In this document: one piece after another, positions 25,417-35,152 of the stretch
Position numbering within the stretch: position 1 is the first letter of the stretch
How the letters are laid out: every line of letters starts with the position of its first letter
NCBI GenBank assembly: GCA_000182565.2
Contig: KQ257452.1
Length of the DNA: 64,000 bases
DNA from: Spizellomyces punctatus DAOM BR117
Taxonomy: Eukaryota
Reading direction: 5' to 3' (one strand)
The notes under the pieces: model-generated
The model's database searches: none
Told to the model about the DNA's origin: nothing
What the model saw: the letters and a program-made list of their open reading frames with translations, nothing else
Made by a program: the position numbers and the translations under genes

Positions 25417-26147
25417 GTTTCCGCGATGACACTCTGCTTGAACACTGTGGGGTCGTCATTCCATTCTCACAGCCTGTCACATGACATATCACGTGGTGGG
25501 CATATTCATCTCAGGTCTAGCGTATATTAACCTACTTTGGCAAAATGTTTGGTAGTAACATCAACACCCGGCGTGGCTTTACAACCAGGGTGAAATCAAG
25601 GCTACGCCTTCTCCATGCAGGATGAACTAGATGCAGATCATGGAATGAGTTTCTTTTCCGAACCTCGTCAGGGCAATGATTTGTTCTTGACGAGCGTGAT
25701 ATTTTTGACCCGACACTAGGTAGAAATGTAGAATAGCGGTCAGGATGACGCGTAAGTAGTACATAGCTTCTGCTGTTTTCCATTTTCATTCCACAAAGCC
25801 CGTCCTATATGAACTTGGTCGGCTTTTGAAACCGACTTGCGAGTTTCAATGCCTGACTTGAGAAGCCTTCCAACCTTCACACGGGGCATGCATATCGCTC
25901 CTCAGCGTTTATGTGTGAAGATAGAGGCCAATTGCGGTAAAGGGCATTTATTCCAAACAGAAAAGCTACGGTGCCTCATCAAGAGCCCTGGCATTCTTTT
26001 GTGTACACCAAGATCATAGAAGCGTAGGTACCGTAATAAGTCCATGCTGAAAATAGGCGTATGAGCCAATCAAAATGTATTCTCGTCGGCAAAGCAATCC
26101 ACAGATTCTAAATTAAGTTAAACCCAATATCCGTAAGCTCCGACATA

Positions 26148-26854
26148 GTGTGGAGGTGCTTGAAAATGGCACTAAGACCCATTATTATCCGGATAATCCG
26201 GTTAATCATATCGCATAATCAGCACCCCCATCTATTGCTCAAAGTGGTGTGGCATGCATATAATGTTTTTTTTTTTAAACTGCAGTGAGGCACATGCCAA
26301 AGGTCTATAAAAGGGGGCCTTTTGCTGTCTCTCCCCTTCCTCACCAGCTCCTCGACTCTCAAACCATCTGCGCAACACTCATCACGACCCACATTGCGAC
26401 TCAGTCAACCATGAGAATGCAGATGTGGTGGTGCCGAGGACCTCGCCCTCCTGACTACAACCAACTGGAACCAGCAGCAACCACTCGGAACCAACAAAGC
26501 TGCTATTATACTGCCACATTAGTTGAGCTTGGTTGGTATGTACCAACAGCATTTCTTTTCATTCTGTCATTCATCTTGCTGACATGCAGTTTTTTATAGT
26601 CTCCAAGCCTTGTCACTGAAGATCCTCCAGCTTGTGAGTCTCCCCAATGTTGCGAAGACTCTGGCTTCAATGCCATCAAGAGTTCTGGATCAAGGCCTAA
26701 GGGATCGCGTGTGGTAGTGGGCAATTATCCGGTTAGAACCAATTGTTACTGTATAATTGCCCAGTAGTAGTTAGTTAGTTAGCTTTTCCGAACCGGTTGT
26801 CGCCAGTTTATTCCCTGGTGTAGTAGCTAGTGCCAGTTTCTGTCACCTCTACTC
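26148..26854 (+). mobile_element. Non-autonomous TIR element (707 bp), Fanzor 'ghost'-type locus, copy 1
   Basis: Imperfect 27-bp TIRs (GTGTGGAGGTGCTTGAAAATGGCACTA versus reverse-complemented GAGTAGAGGTGACAGAAACTGGCACTA). Preceded by CATA (26144-26147) and followed by TA (26855-26856). Homologous in inverted orientation to 30708-31467. Confidence 0.85.
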
Positions 26855-26871
26855 TATAAATGTCTCCCATG
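26782..26871 (+). ncRNA. Putative Fanzor omegaRNA: 75-nt scaffold 26782-26856 plus about 15-nt flank-derived guide TAAATGTCTCCCATG
   Basis: Scaffold is 73/75 identical to copy 2, overlaps the 3' TIR and has hairpin potential. It resembles the S. punctatus Fanzor1 omegaRNA as I recall it (TTTTCCGA.CCGGTTGTCGC...TCCCTGGTG....GCTAGTGCCA...CACTA). The guide length is assumed from the published system. Confidence 0.75.
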
Positions 26872-27920
26872 ACGCGTAGGTATAATTCCAAGATCTTTAA
26901 TTTTGCAAATGGAAAGTTCCAAACGTGCTGATTGTCTGCTACAGAAGCCTCGTTTGACTTTCTGGCAATGCCACAGCTAGCGACCATTGCAAGTAAACAG
27001 CAGTCTACACAGAACACAATACCTCACGCCGCGTTTATGTTGCCACTGATGCCACAATTCCTTGCGTCCCGGCTATAGGAAGTCCTTGATATGCAATTGG
27101 GTCTCTTCGCAGTTGAGGGCCGGAGAATAGGGTACCGTCAAGTTGCGACTGTTACTTCGGCTGGTCTAGGTATGGGAGTATACCATTCGTCTACCCCTAC
27201 TTACGCCCCGTTATGATACTTACGCAACACCCATCAATATACTGTTCCGCTAGTCATGAGCGAGTGCCCTCGCCGTTATATATGAGTCCCTCATAGGTTA
27301 CCAGTGTCGCGACCGACTCGTCCCGCTCTGCATGCAATTTCCCAAGTCTCTTAACTCTCTGTGGAAACTCCTAATTACTTGAACTGTCCCCTATGCTAAT
27401 CAGCTTCCTTTCGTGCAATAAAGGTCTCCAACTCTTAGATTCGGAAAGTGGCATATTATTTCATTTTCTTCGAGTATGGAACAGGTTTAAGTGATAGTAA
27501 TTCCGACTATATTAGTGTGCAGGACATGGATAATGTCACCTGGTTTTAGTGGTTTAAATGAAAGGAATAAATGCGATTAACCACCCCGACTGCGCATTGA
27601 TTACGTAGTCATGTAATTGCTGCTACTATGGCAACATCGGACGCAATTGGAGAGTCTGTCATAAGGTCATTCATTGCACACCGAGTTCCCTGGACGAAGG
27701 GACGACTAAATGCAACAAAATCTTGAGCCTGCCGACATAGTGCCGCGCCTCACGTCTACGGATTTACCTGACTTGTTATACTGTGGTGAAAGGTCGTTAT
27801 CTTGGCTGTGCGAAGGCACAAGCGAGTTGAACACAATCTTGCGCTCGTTGTTGAAGTAAGAGCTTTTGACTTGCGTCTGTGACGTTCAAAACTTATTCCA
27901 ATCAATTGTAGCACTCGTCA

Positions 27921-29246
27921 ATGTTACCTTCCAAACCCCAGGGAATACTATCAGCAACCGTTCCGGCCACGTCTTCTTTAGACCGTTTACGACGTGATAG
28001 CAGCATTGTTCCCGAGCCTTCTATCGCAACTCGCATTGCTGAACCTAGCGCTCCTGGAAACCCATGTGGTACCTCTCTTGACGGCGGTATTTCAGGTGGC
28101 GGAGTCTACGATTTTCGGGCCTATCCTTCATCCCAGACACATTTACCTCCCGAAAACGTTTACGATTCTAGTTTGGTGCACGGGACAACGTTCAATGCGA
28201 TAGCATTCGGGGCTTCCTTGGTAGCCGCGGTTCCGCGACGGGAGAGGGCGATATTACAGAACCAATTGGCCACCGCGCGACTCATGTATCATCGGGAGCT
28301 CTACCCCCGAATGTTCACCCAAGAGAGGCACATCCTCTAGCCAACTGTGCGGAAGTTCTGGCAGTGGCAGCAACGTGCCACCCAGCATCTCGTCTTTTTC
28401 TCAAAACTTGGATCAGAAACTCCCGACGTCGCAGACCGGTACCGCATTACATTCCCAAGGAGTTCTGTCGGGATTGCCATCAGATGTGCCATCACCTCGT
28501 GTGGCAGGGTCCAGTTGCGGAGATCTGGGACAGGTCCATTTTTCGCTCATGGAGGCGTTCGCAAATGAGGCTCCTGGCATGACCTTTCGTTCCTGGGAAA
28601 GGGATGATTTCGAAGATATCTACGAAGACATACCGTTCCTTCGTCGTCATTGTATTATCCCGCTCCCATCGACGGATGATTGTCTGTTATTGCTAGACGA
28701 GAGTGGTCGGTTTTTGATGTATATCCTTGATATGTCGGTAGTGTATCTAGTTGGGAACAATCTGGAGGAAGGGTGGCGAAGGTTCCTCGAAGGTTCGCAG
28801 GGAAGATGGTCTTTGGTTCTCAACCGAATGGATTCGGACACTGGCTGTCTCTTGAACGACGCCGCCGGCATGAACGTAGGGATAACAACCCTGGTTTTAA
28901 CTCCCAGTCATTATCCAACGGATGCCGAGGTTATGGCTCACGTGGCAGAAAGCATCCAGGAAATGCCCTTCGTTTCCGAAAAAACGATTGCCACCCAGAA
29001 AGCATGTGCCCTTCTGGAGTCCGTCAACCTCCGAGATTATGTTACCATTTCTCTCGCCGTCTCAAACACAGGGTGCGTATTTCATGCCATGCAATCTGGT
29101 CGTGTCTGACTGACTTTTCTCTTCGGTCTTCGAGCAGGTTAGTCGAGATTTCGGGACTGTGGAAGAAAACAAATGATGAAGAACAGGTGCAGAAGCTCTT
29201 GCAAACGTATGGGCAAAATCGGTTAGGGCTAGTGGGATTAGAGTAG
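27921..29246 (+). CDS. Transposon cargo gene: Ser-rich N-terminus, SUKH/US22-like domain and short alpha/beta C-terminal domain; 5' structure uncertain
   Basis: Main ORF 28375-29109 contains LLLLDESGRFLMYILDMSVVYLVGNNLEEGWRRFLEG. A clean intron at 29073-29137 (GTGCGT...CTGAC...CAG) joins in frame to LVEISGLWKKTNDEEQVQKLLQTY...*. The link to upstream ORF 27921-28340 is unresolved. Confidence 0.55.
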
Positions 29247-29316
29247 ATTTATTCCCAATAAAGTCACCGTCAACGAAGGTTCATAAACGCTACGGCAGCT
29301 AATATATAGGAATACA

Positions 29317-30384
29317 CTACAAACTGATATGTGGATACACTGCTCTGAAAGCCCTCTCAGTGCCTCGCTCTCGAAAATAACCTTCAAATTGTTCACGACC
29401 TATCCTACTAGCAGCAGATTGCAAGTCTCTGATCAATTCGGCCTCCGTTCGGGGACGTTGTTCCGAGCAAGCTACACTCGTAGTGTACAGATTCCGCAGA
29501 TGCGTCTTCAGAGTTCCAAATACCAGTTCGACCGGATTATACATTTCTCCTCGTGGGGGTAAGAAGACAACTTGGCATCCTTTGTCTTCTATAAGTCGTC
29601 GAACGCCAGGATTGAAGTGCTGCTTTGAAGGGTTCACACAACGTCCCGCTTTACCCGAACGATCCCAGATGACCACTTCATTCGGGCGTAAATTCGGAAC
29701 CAAATTTTGCCATACATAATGGTAGAAGTTTAGGTCATTAGCCGCTTCTGCGTCAACGATCGGTGGATGAACCAATCCGTCTTCCCTGATCGCAAGATAT
29801 ATTGTCCATCGCTTTCCATGCCTGGAACGCTCCCGTGATATAGGGCATCCCTGTACGCTACGACCTCGTCCCGGAGCCTCGTTGTCATATATAAAGCTCT
29901 CATCCATGTAGACTCGCCGCGACATTGGGATGGTTCTCATTAATGCGCAATAATCCTTGACAAGCTGGAAGGATTCCTCCGAAGAATAGGTCTCTTGTTC
30001 GTCACTGAATAACTTGCGCGTGAACTTCGCTCTTTTCAAGTACTGTGAAACAGTCCTTGGACTGATCCTGTTGTCGAACAAACGAGCAGCTTGCAGGTTT
30101 GTCAATCCAGGATTCTTTCTAAACTCTGATAGAAGACGAAGTTGATCGTCTTCGGTAAGCTTGAAGTCAGGTCCCTTCTTCTTCAGTGGACGAAGGTCGT
30201 GGGTTTCTTCCCATTGTTTTTTCCACCGAAATAGAGTTCTACGGTTGACTTTAAAAGTGGAACATACTGCAGCAGCTGTTGAGTTTCTGAGAGCTTTAAC
30301 AGCAGAGATGCGGGTCTCTAGGCTCCTATGCTTATTGCGAGTATGCTGGATAAGTTCTTTCGAAAGTGAACTGTTTTCGACCAT
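29317..30384 (-). CDS. IS630/Tc1-like DDE transposase (about 355 aa from MVENSS), uninterrupted
   Basis: Two HTH regions (VNRRTLFRWKKQW, ISPRTVSQYLKR) and catalytic VYMDES, VIWDR and FLPPRGEMYNPVELVFGTLK. Confidence 0.93.
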   Translation of the reverse strand: MVENSSLSKELIQHTRNKHRSLETRISAVKALRNSTAAAVCSTFKVNRRTLFRWKKQWEETHDLRPLKKKGPDFKLTEDDQLRLLSEFRKNPGLTNLQAARLFDNRISPRTVSQYLKRAKFTRKLFSDEQETYSSEESFQLVKDYCALMRTIPMSRRVYMDESFIYDNEAPGRGRSVQGCPISRERSRHGKRWTIYLAIREDGLVHPPIVDAEAANDLNFYHYVWQNLVPNLRPNEVVIWDRSGKAGRCVNPSKQHFNPGVRRLIEDKGCQVVFLPPRGEMYNPVELVFGTLKTHLRNLYTTSVACSEQRPRTEAELIRDLQSAASRIGREQFEGYFRERGTERAFRAVYPHISL

Positions 30385-30537
30385 CGAGACGGGAAAGAAA
30401 ATGAATCTCCTCAATTGTGACTCGAAGTGGATGGGGAGTTCATAGACTAAATGTGAAAGTGCCACTTTCAGCATTCCGAAACAATTGAACCATTGAGGTT
30501 GGATACAACCAGTGACATTATCCATATCCTGCACACT

Positions 30538-30685
30538 TATTATTTAATTAAAAATGAGCACACCTCTAGGTACGGCGTTACTTACTGCATCTCAAACAAG
30601 GAAGCAGAGACTATCCTTTCCAAATTCAAGGAATTCAAGGCATGGATCGAACGCACCACGGACAAGAAAATACGCATTAAAAATG
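30538..30685 (+). pseudogene. Ty1/copia integrase (rve) fragment
   Basis: YYLIKNEHTSRYGVTYCISNKEAETILSKFKEFKAWIERTTDKKIRI matches the copia integrase segment that precedes the RSDNGGE motif, which is missing here. Confidence 0.7.
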
Positions 30686-30690
30686 AGTTT

Positions 30691-30780
30691 GCGTTCTTGG
30701 CTTGTTAGTGTAGAGGTGACAGAAACTGGCACTAGCTACTACACCAGGGAATAAACCGGCGACAACCGGTTCGGAAAAGC
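30691..30780 (-). ncRNA. Putative Fanzor omegaRNA: 75-nt scaffold 30780-30706 plus about 15-nt flank-derived guide ACAAGCCAAGAACGC
   Basis: Scaffold GCTTTTCCGAACCGGTTGTCGCCGGTTTATTCCCTGGTGTAGTAGCTAGTGCCAGTTTCTGTCACCTCTACACTA has perfect AACCGG/CCGGTT and GTGTAG/CTACAC pairings. Confidence 0.78.
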
Positions 30781-31467
30781 TAAGCTACTACTAGGCAATT
30801 ATACACGCAATACGTAACAGTTGGTTCTAACCGGATAATTGCCCACCACCACACGCGGTCCCTACTAGGCCTTGATCTGGAACTCTTGATGGCATTGAAG
30901 CCACACTCTTGCATCCAGGAGCGAATCGACTGGGCAGCGTCACAAGCTGGGGGATGTTCAGTGACAAGGCTTGGAGACTAGAGAAAAAAACTGCATGTCA
31001 GAAGATGACCCGATGACAAGAAATGCAAGAAATGCCATTGATACATACCAACCAAGCTCAACTAATGTGGCAGCATAATAGTAGGTTTTGGTATCGGATC
31101 CGATCGGTTGCCGCTGGTTCTGATCACGGTTGCTGTCGGGCGGTCGAGGTCCTCGACACCACCACATCGGCGTTCTCATGGTTGACCGAGTCACGATGAG
31201 GTTGCAATGTGGGTCGCTATGAGGTTGCAACGTGGGTCGCAATGAGCGTTGCGCAGATGCTTGTGAGTTGAGGGATAAAGAGGAAAGAGGGAAGAGGGAG
31301 CAGGTCCCCTTTTATAGACCTTCGGCATGTGCCTCACCGCAGTTTAAAAAAAAAAACATTACAATACATGCCACACTGCTTTGAGCAATAGATGGGGGTG
31401 CGATATGATTAACCGGATTAATCCGGATAATAATGGGTCCTAGTGCCATTTTCACTCGCCTCCACAC
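30708..31467 (-). mobile_element. Non-autonomous TIR element (760 bp), Fanzor 'ghost'-type locus, copy 2
   Basis: 28-bp TIRs with 23/28 match. TA at 30706-30707 and TATG (reverse complement CATA) at 31468-31471. Internal 23-bp tandem duplication at about 31195-31240 that is absent from copy 1. Confidence 0.87.
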
Positions 31468-31966
31468 TATGTGCTCTGAGGTAAGTACGGGTACGCATGA
31501 AATATTTACGGTCGTTAAACAGACGTGCTACGAATTTCTAACCCGAGTTTCTTTAATATCGCAATAGCTTGCATTCGGGTTTCCAACGTAGTTTGCTTCT
31601 TCTTCAGGATATTACAATTTGAGGAGACAGCTTGTGTTTGTAACAAAAATGCCAGGCATTATGGTCAGGCAATCAGCGCTTCAAAACTGCAAGATGGTTG
31701 GAAGGGCATATAAATTATTAAGGATCGTGTCTGCCGCTATGCACTGGATGTAGATCGGCAGAAGTATCGGACAAAACAATGGGTACCAAGTCGGCTATTA
31801 GTCACGTGATATTGTAGTGGCTGGCATCTTGATATGTGCTCCCGCCCGCCCACACCATTATGCCTAATGATCTTGCCCGCTAAAAAACAGTTCCTGTGTC
31901 CCAACTCTGTGTGCTCTACTGCCGCACCGTCAATTCAGGTGCGGAGATTGTCAAATTTCGATAGTC

Positions 31967-33811
31967 ATGGTGAGCTTTTCTGGTGAGTTGTAAGACGCAT
32001 TCTGATGCTATGTACTGGTGGACTCTTCTCACTCTGGTTGCAGCGCCAGGTGCGCTACCACACTCTTCCCTTGCGAAAACTGTTTGGCTCTGGTGTGCAA
32101 GACTCTTTCATTGGTGAAAGATGCTAGTGGGGAAGATCTGGCGACGCGTAGTTCAATCTTGAATGAGCGGAAAACGAGTTTGGAAAGTGTAGGCACAAGG
32201 TGTAAATCTTGTGGGTTCTTCAATGTCACGGATGCCAAGGCCAGGCAAATATGCGGTCTCCCTGTCCACCCGGCCAAAATCGATGGCTCAGAAATGGTAC
32301 GACCCCCTGTACTTATCTGATATTGAGCCAAAGTGGCATCTAACCATGAACAAGTTGGCATTCGAAAAAGAGATTGATGACCGAGGATATGTGGCCAACC
32401 AGATCAGTCTATGCCACGAAATCAAGCACATTCTAGCGACAAGAGGTGATTTTACTCCCTTCCGTGAAAAAGCTCAAGGGACAGGCGGCTAATCCGATGC
32501 GGTAGGAAATGCGCTGCATGAGGGAATCCTTGAACCACTTGGCCCAGAAGCAACCGAAATGCCAGTGGAACCTTCCGACAAAGACCCGGAACGGATTCCG
32601 ATGGCCCCAGCTCCTTCTCTTAGTGCGAGTGGGCTCGCCAGGGCAACCTCTCACACTGAGAGTGAATGTTGTCAGACCAATGTTGTCTCGTCCATACTGT
32701 CCAGTACCGACCTGAAGCATGCTGGAAATCAAGCATCATTACAGCTGTCTGTAGCTCCCCAACCCACAGGCAGAAAGAAAAATCGCAGACGGAAACGGGT
32801 TGCCAAAAACGCCAAACAGGCCACTGTAGACCAGAGTGGTGCTGCTCCCTGTCAACCGGACCATACTGAATGCCGAGCTCCGGGTATGTGTCAAAAAATT
32901 CAAGCTCAGCCAACGTGCCCTTCTTCCGATGCTACAACAGAACTGGCATCACATGCCCTCTCTCGAAAGCGTACATCACATGAGTATGACGAGACAGATG
33001 GTCCTAAGTCCAAAAGAGCAAAACTCAACAATACAGTGCCCCAGCCAGACGTGACCTCGGGAACTTCCTCACAACCAGTGCGTGCAACTAGCGTTCCTCT
33101 CACAAGCTCAGCTGGTCTCCGCATGGCGACGATGTCAGATCGAGAACTGGAAAAGCGGCTCTTCGAGTGCAGAAATCATCTCACTTGGCTACACAAAAGA
33201 CTAGATGTGGTTGCAGCAACGCGGAGAAACTGGGGCGAGCGGGCGTTTACACGATGGGATTATGAGGTGACCTCAAAAGTTCAATTATTTAATAGCCGGA
33301 AGTGCCTCTCACCAATATCTCGAAACTAGCTACTAGAGTTATCTTATAAGCATAGTAACAGCCCTATTTCCAGAAATGCGAAGGTGAAGCAAGGCTCCCC
33401 ATATCCTCTCCGGCTATGTGCGGTTGTCTAATTTTAATCACATCCATCCAGGCTCTGCTTTTGCTTGCTCGTTCACTAACGGGCTCACCGCACCCAATCT
33501 GTGGTTCACGGGAGGAGATGCTCTGTGCGGGAATGAGTCTCGAACAAACGACCAACAGTGTGGAACCAGTTGCCATAATTCTGAATACAGCGTATCGGTC
33601 TTCCGTCAACACCTTCAAAAAGGATTCTTTACCGTTTATGCGAGGACTAGGGATTTTGAACGAAGAGCTGAATGAAGTCTATGACTCACTCTTGTTCGAA
33701 GCACATGAGGTCATTGACCGATATAGCACTCCTTCGGATGAGCCAAAACAACTTTCATTCACAAATTTCAGTGACCGCGCAAATCGGCCTTCATTGAATA
33801 TGCAGTGGTGA
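31967..33811 (+). pseudogene. Uncharacterised, probably degenerate gene (Cys-rich N-terminus, low-complexity middle, helical C-terminus)
   Basis: Successive + ORFs 32018-32320, 32211-32492, 32559-33329 and 33416-33811 are joined only through a frame change and an in-frame TAA (32490-32492). No recognisable family. Confidence 0.35.
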
Positions 33812-34070
33812 GATATTGTTAGACTTTGATGTTCCGCATGCGAAAAGTAGTGACTTGTGTGCTAATATGGGGTGAAAGGTTGAAGCCCGGAACTCAAATC
33901 GACCGGCACATCCAGAACGCCAGGGAATCAGAACAAGCAGCCACACATGCAAAGCTGTGTGATCGGCTGATGTACTTGAGAAGATTCTACGCTTTTTTGT
34001 CCAAACTTCTGTTGATATCATAAATTTAAATATTTCATGGCTAAATCGCAATACTATTTACATTGAGAAA

Positions 34071-35152
34071 TCACGTTGTCCTCTGTGTGTTGTTGGAACA
34101 GAAGAATCGAAGAAGAATGCAGTCTCGCAATTAACACACGTCAGCAAAGTCTACGCTGCAATTTGCTGCGAAAACTTAATTGTAAGCCAGCTGTTGGGGC
34201 CCGCAATGAAATCAATCCTACAAACCATCTCGTCTTGTTCGTCACTGCCATCATCATCAATCATCCGTTTGAGTTTTCCTTGTTGTAAAATCTGCTCATG
34301 GGTATATTTTTTGATGAATTCGTCATCGCTGGCTCTCCAGATTGGCTCAAATTCCTATGACACCACTGTTGGCCACAGATATATACAGACTTCCAACATA
34401 GATCTCTACTGACCTTCAACTGATATTTGAATCCTTCGTTAGGGTTCATGCAAAATCTTTTATTTTGAACGAATGTGAAAGATTCTTGGAAGCCCCATCG
34501 CTGCGACATCATGACGTAGGCGACAACGAATGAAGGTGATCGAGATATGCCGCTATTACAATGGACAAGAACACGGCCTCCCTGTTCTAGTGCATAGTCG
34601 ATGAATTGCTTCGCGTCGGGAAAGTATGGTATTAGGTTTTGCATGGGGGATTCGGACACCTCTCTGATAGAAAATCAAGAAACAACAAAGGAGGTCAGAT
34701 ATCTTCTCATCTTCCTACCATCGGACATGGAAACACGACTGATATCATACATGACATGATAGACAAAGTCATCTGGGAAAGTGGTTTTGACGACATGTCG
34801 CTCGTTTGAATCTCGTATGCATAGTACATGCGTTATGCCCTTTGACTTTAGTAGCTCCTTATTCTTTGAACACTGATATGGGCCGAGCCAAAGACCAGGA
34901 AGGATCTCCTGCATCTCTCGTCGCATTTCATATCTCCAGTCGTGTACATCCATTCTGAAAAAGTCCTGCATAAGGCAAAGAAATACAGGCAGCTATTAGT
35001 GAAAGAGCCGTGAATCGGCAGCGACCCCCAAGTGCCAGATATGAGGGCGGCGGGCCAGCCTGTTTAGCGGCTGGCTTGGCCAGTCTCGCTCGCCATTTGA
35101 CTTGCAGGCCGGAGCAATCTATCTGTACCTGTGAATTTCCTTGTGCCATCAT
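34071..35152 (-). CDS. STYX: STYX-like dual-specificity phosphatase
   Basis: WRYEMRREMQEILPGLWLGPY, GITHVLCIR, GGRVLVHCNSGISRS and VQNKRFCMNPNEGF closely follow metazoan STYX. Terminal exons are tentative. Confidence 0.85.

Larger units (their letters stand above)
27515..30536 (-). mobile_element. IS630/Tc1-mariner superfamily DNA transposon (about 3.0 kb) with transposase and cargo gene
   Basis: TIRs GTGTGCAGGACATGGATAATGTCAC (from 27515) and reverse-complemented GTGTGCAGGATATGGATAATGTCAC (ending 30536), 24/25 identical. TA on the left and TTA on the right. Confidence 0.88.

Noticed and set aside
30385-30534. First 50 aa of the 405-aa transposase ORF
   Set aside because: It starts at a GTG inside the TIR. 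The ATG at 30384 is the more plausible start.
31195-31250. 23-bp repeats (and the 15-bp repeats at 5421) as a CRISPR-like array
   Set aside because: They are head-to-tail tandem units without spacers, in a eukaryotic context.
26149-31466. The two ~700-bp repeats as solo LTRs (TG...CA ends, TATA box, nearby copia fragment)
   Set aside because: There is no 4-6 bp TSD, PBS or PPT. The inverted match extends to about 28 bp and is bounded by TA, which fits TIR DNA elements.
26148-31467. One 5.3-kb element with 700-bp terminal inverted repeats
   Set aside because: Each repeat has its own TIR pair and TA duplication, and the interiors are diverged. The shared outer CATA is explained by target preference. 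Composite mobilisation remains possible but is unsupported.
25500-34000. A Fanzor/TnpB nuclease ORF in the nest
   Set aside because: No RuvC-type motifs (D-P/G, E, CxxC..RD) in a suitable arrangement in any listed ORF. The Cys-rich ORF at 32018 lacks them.
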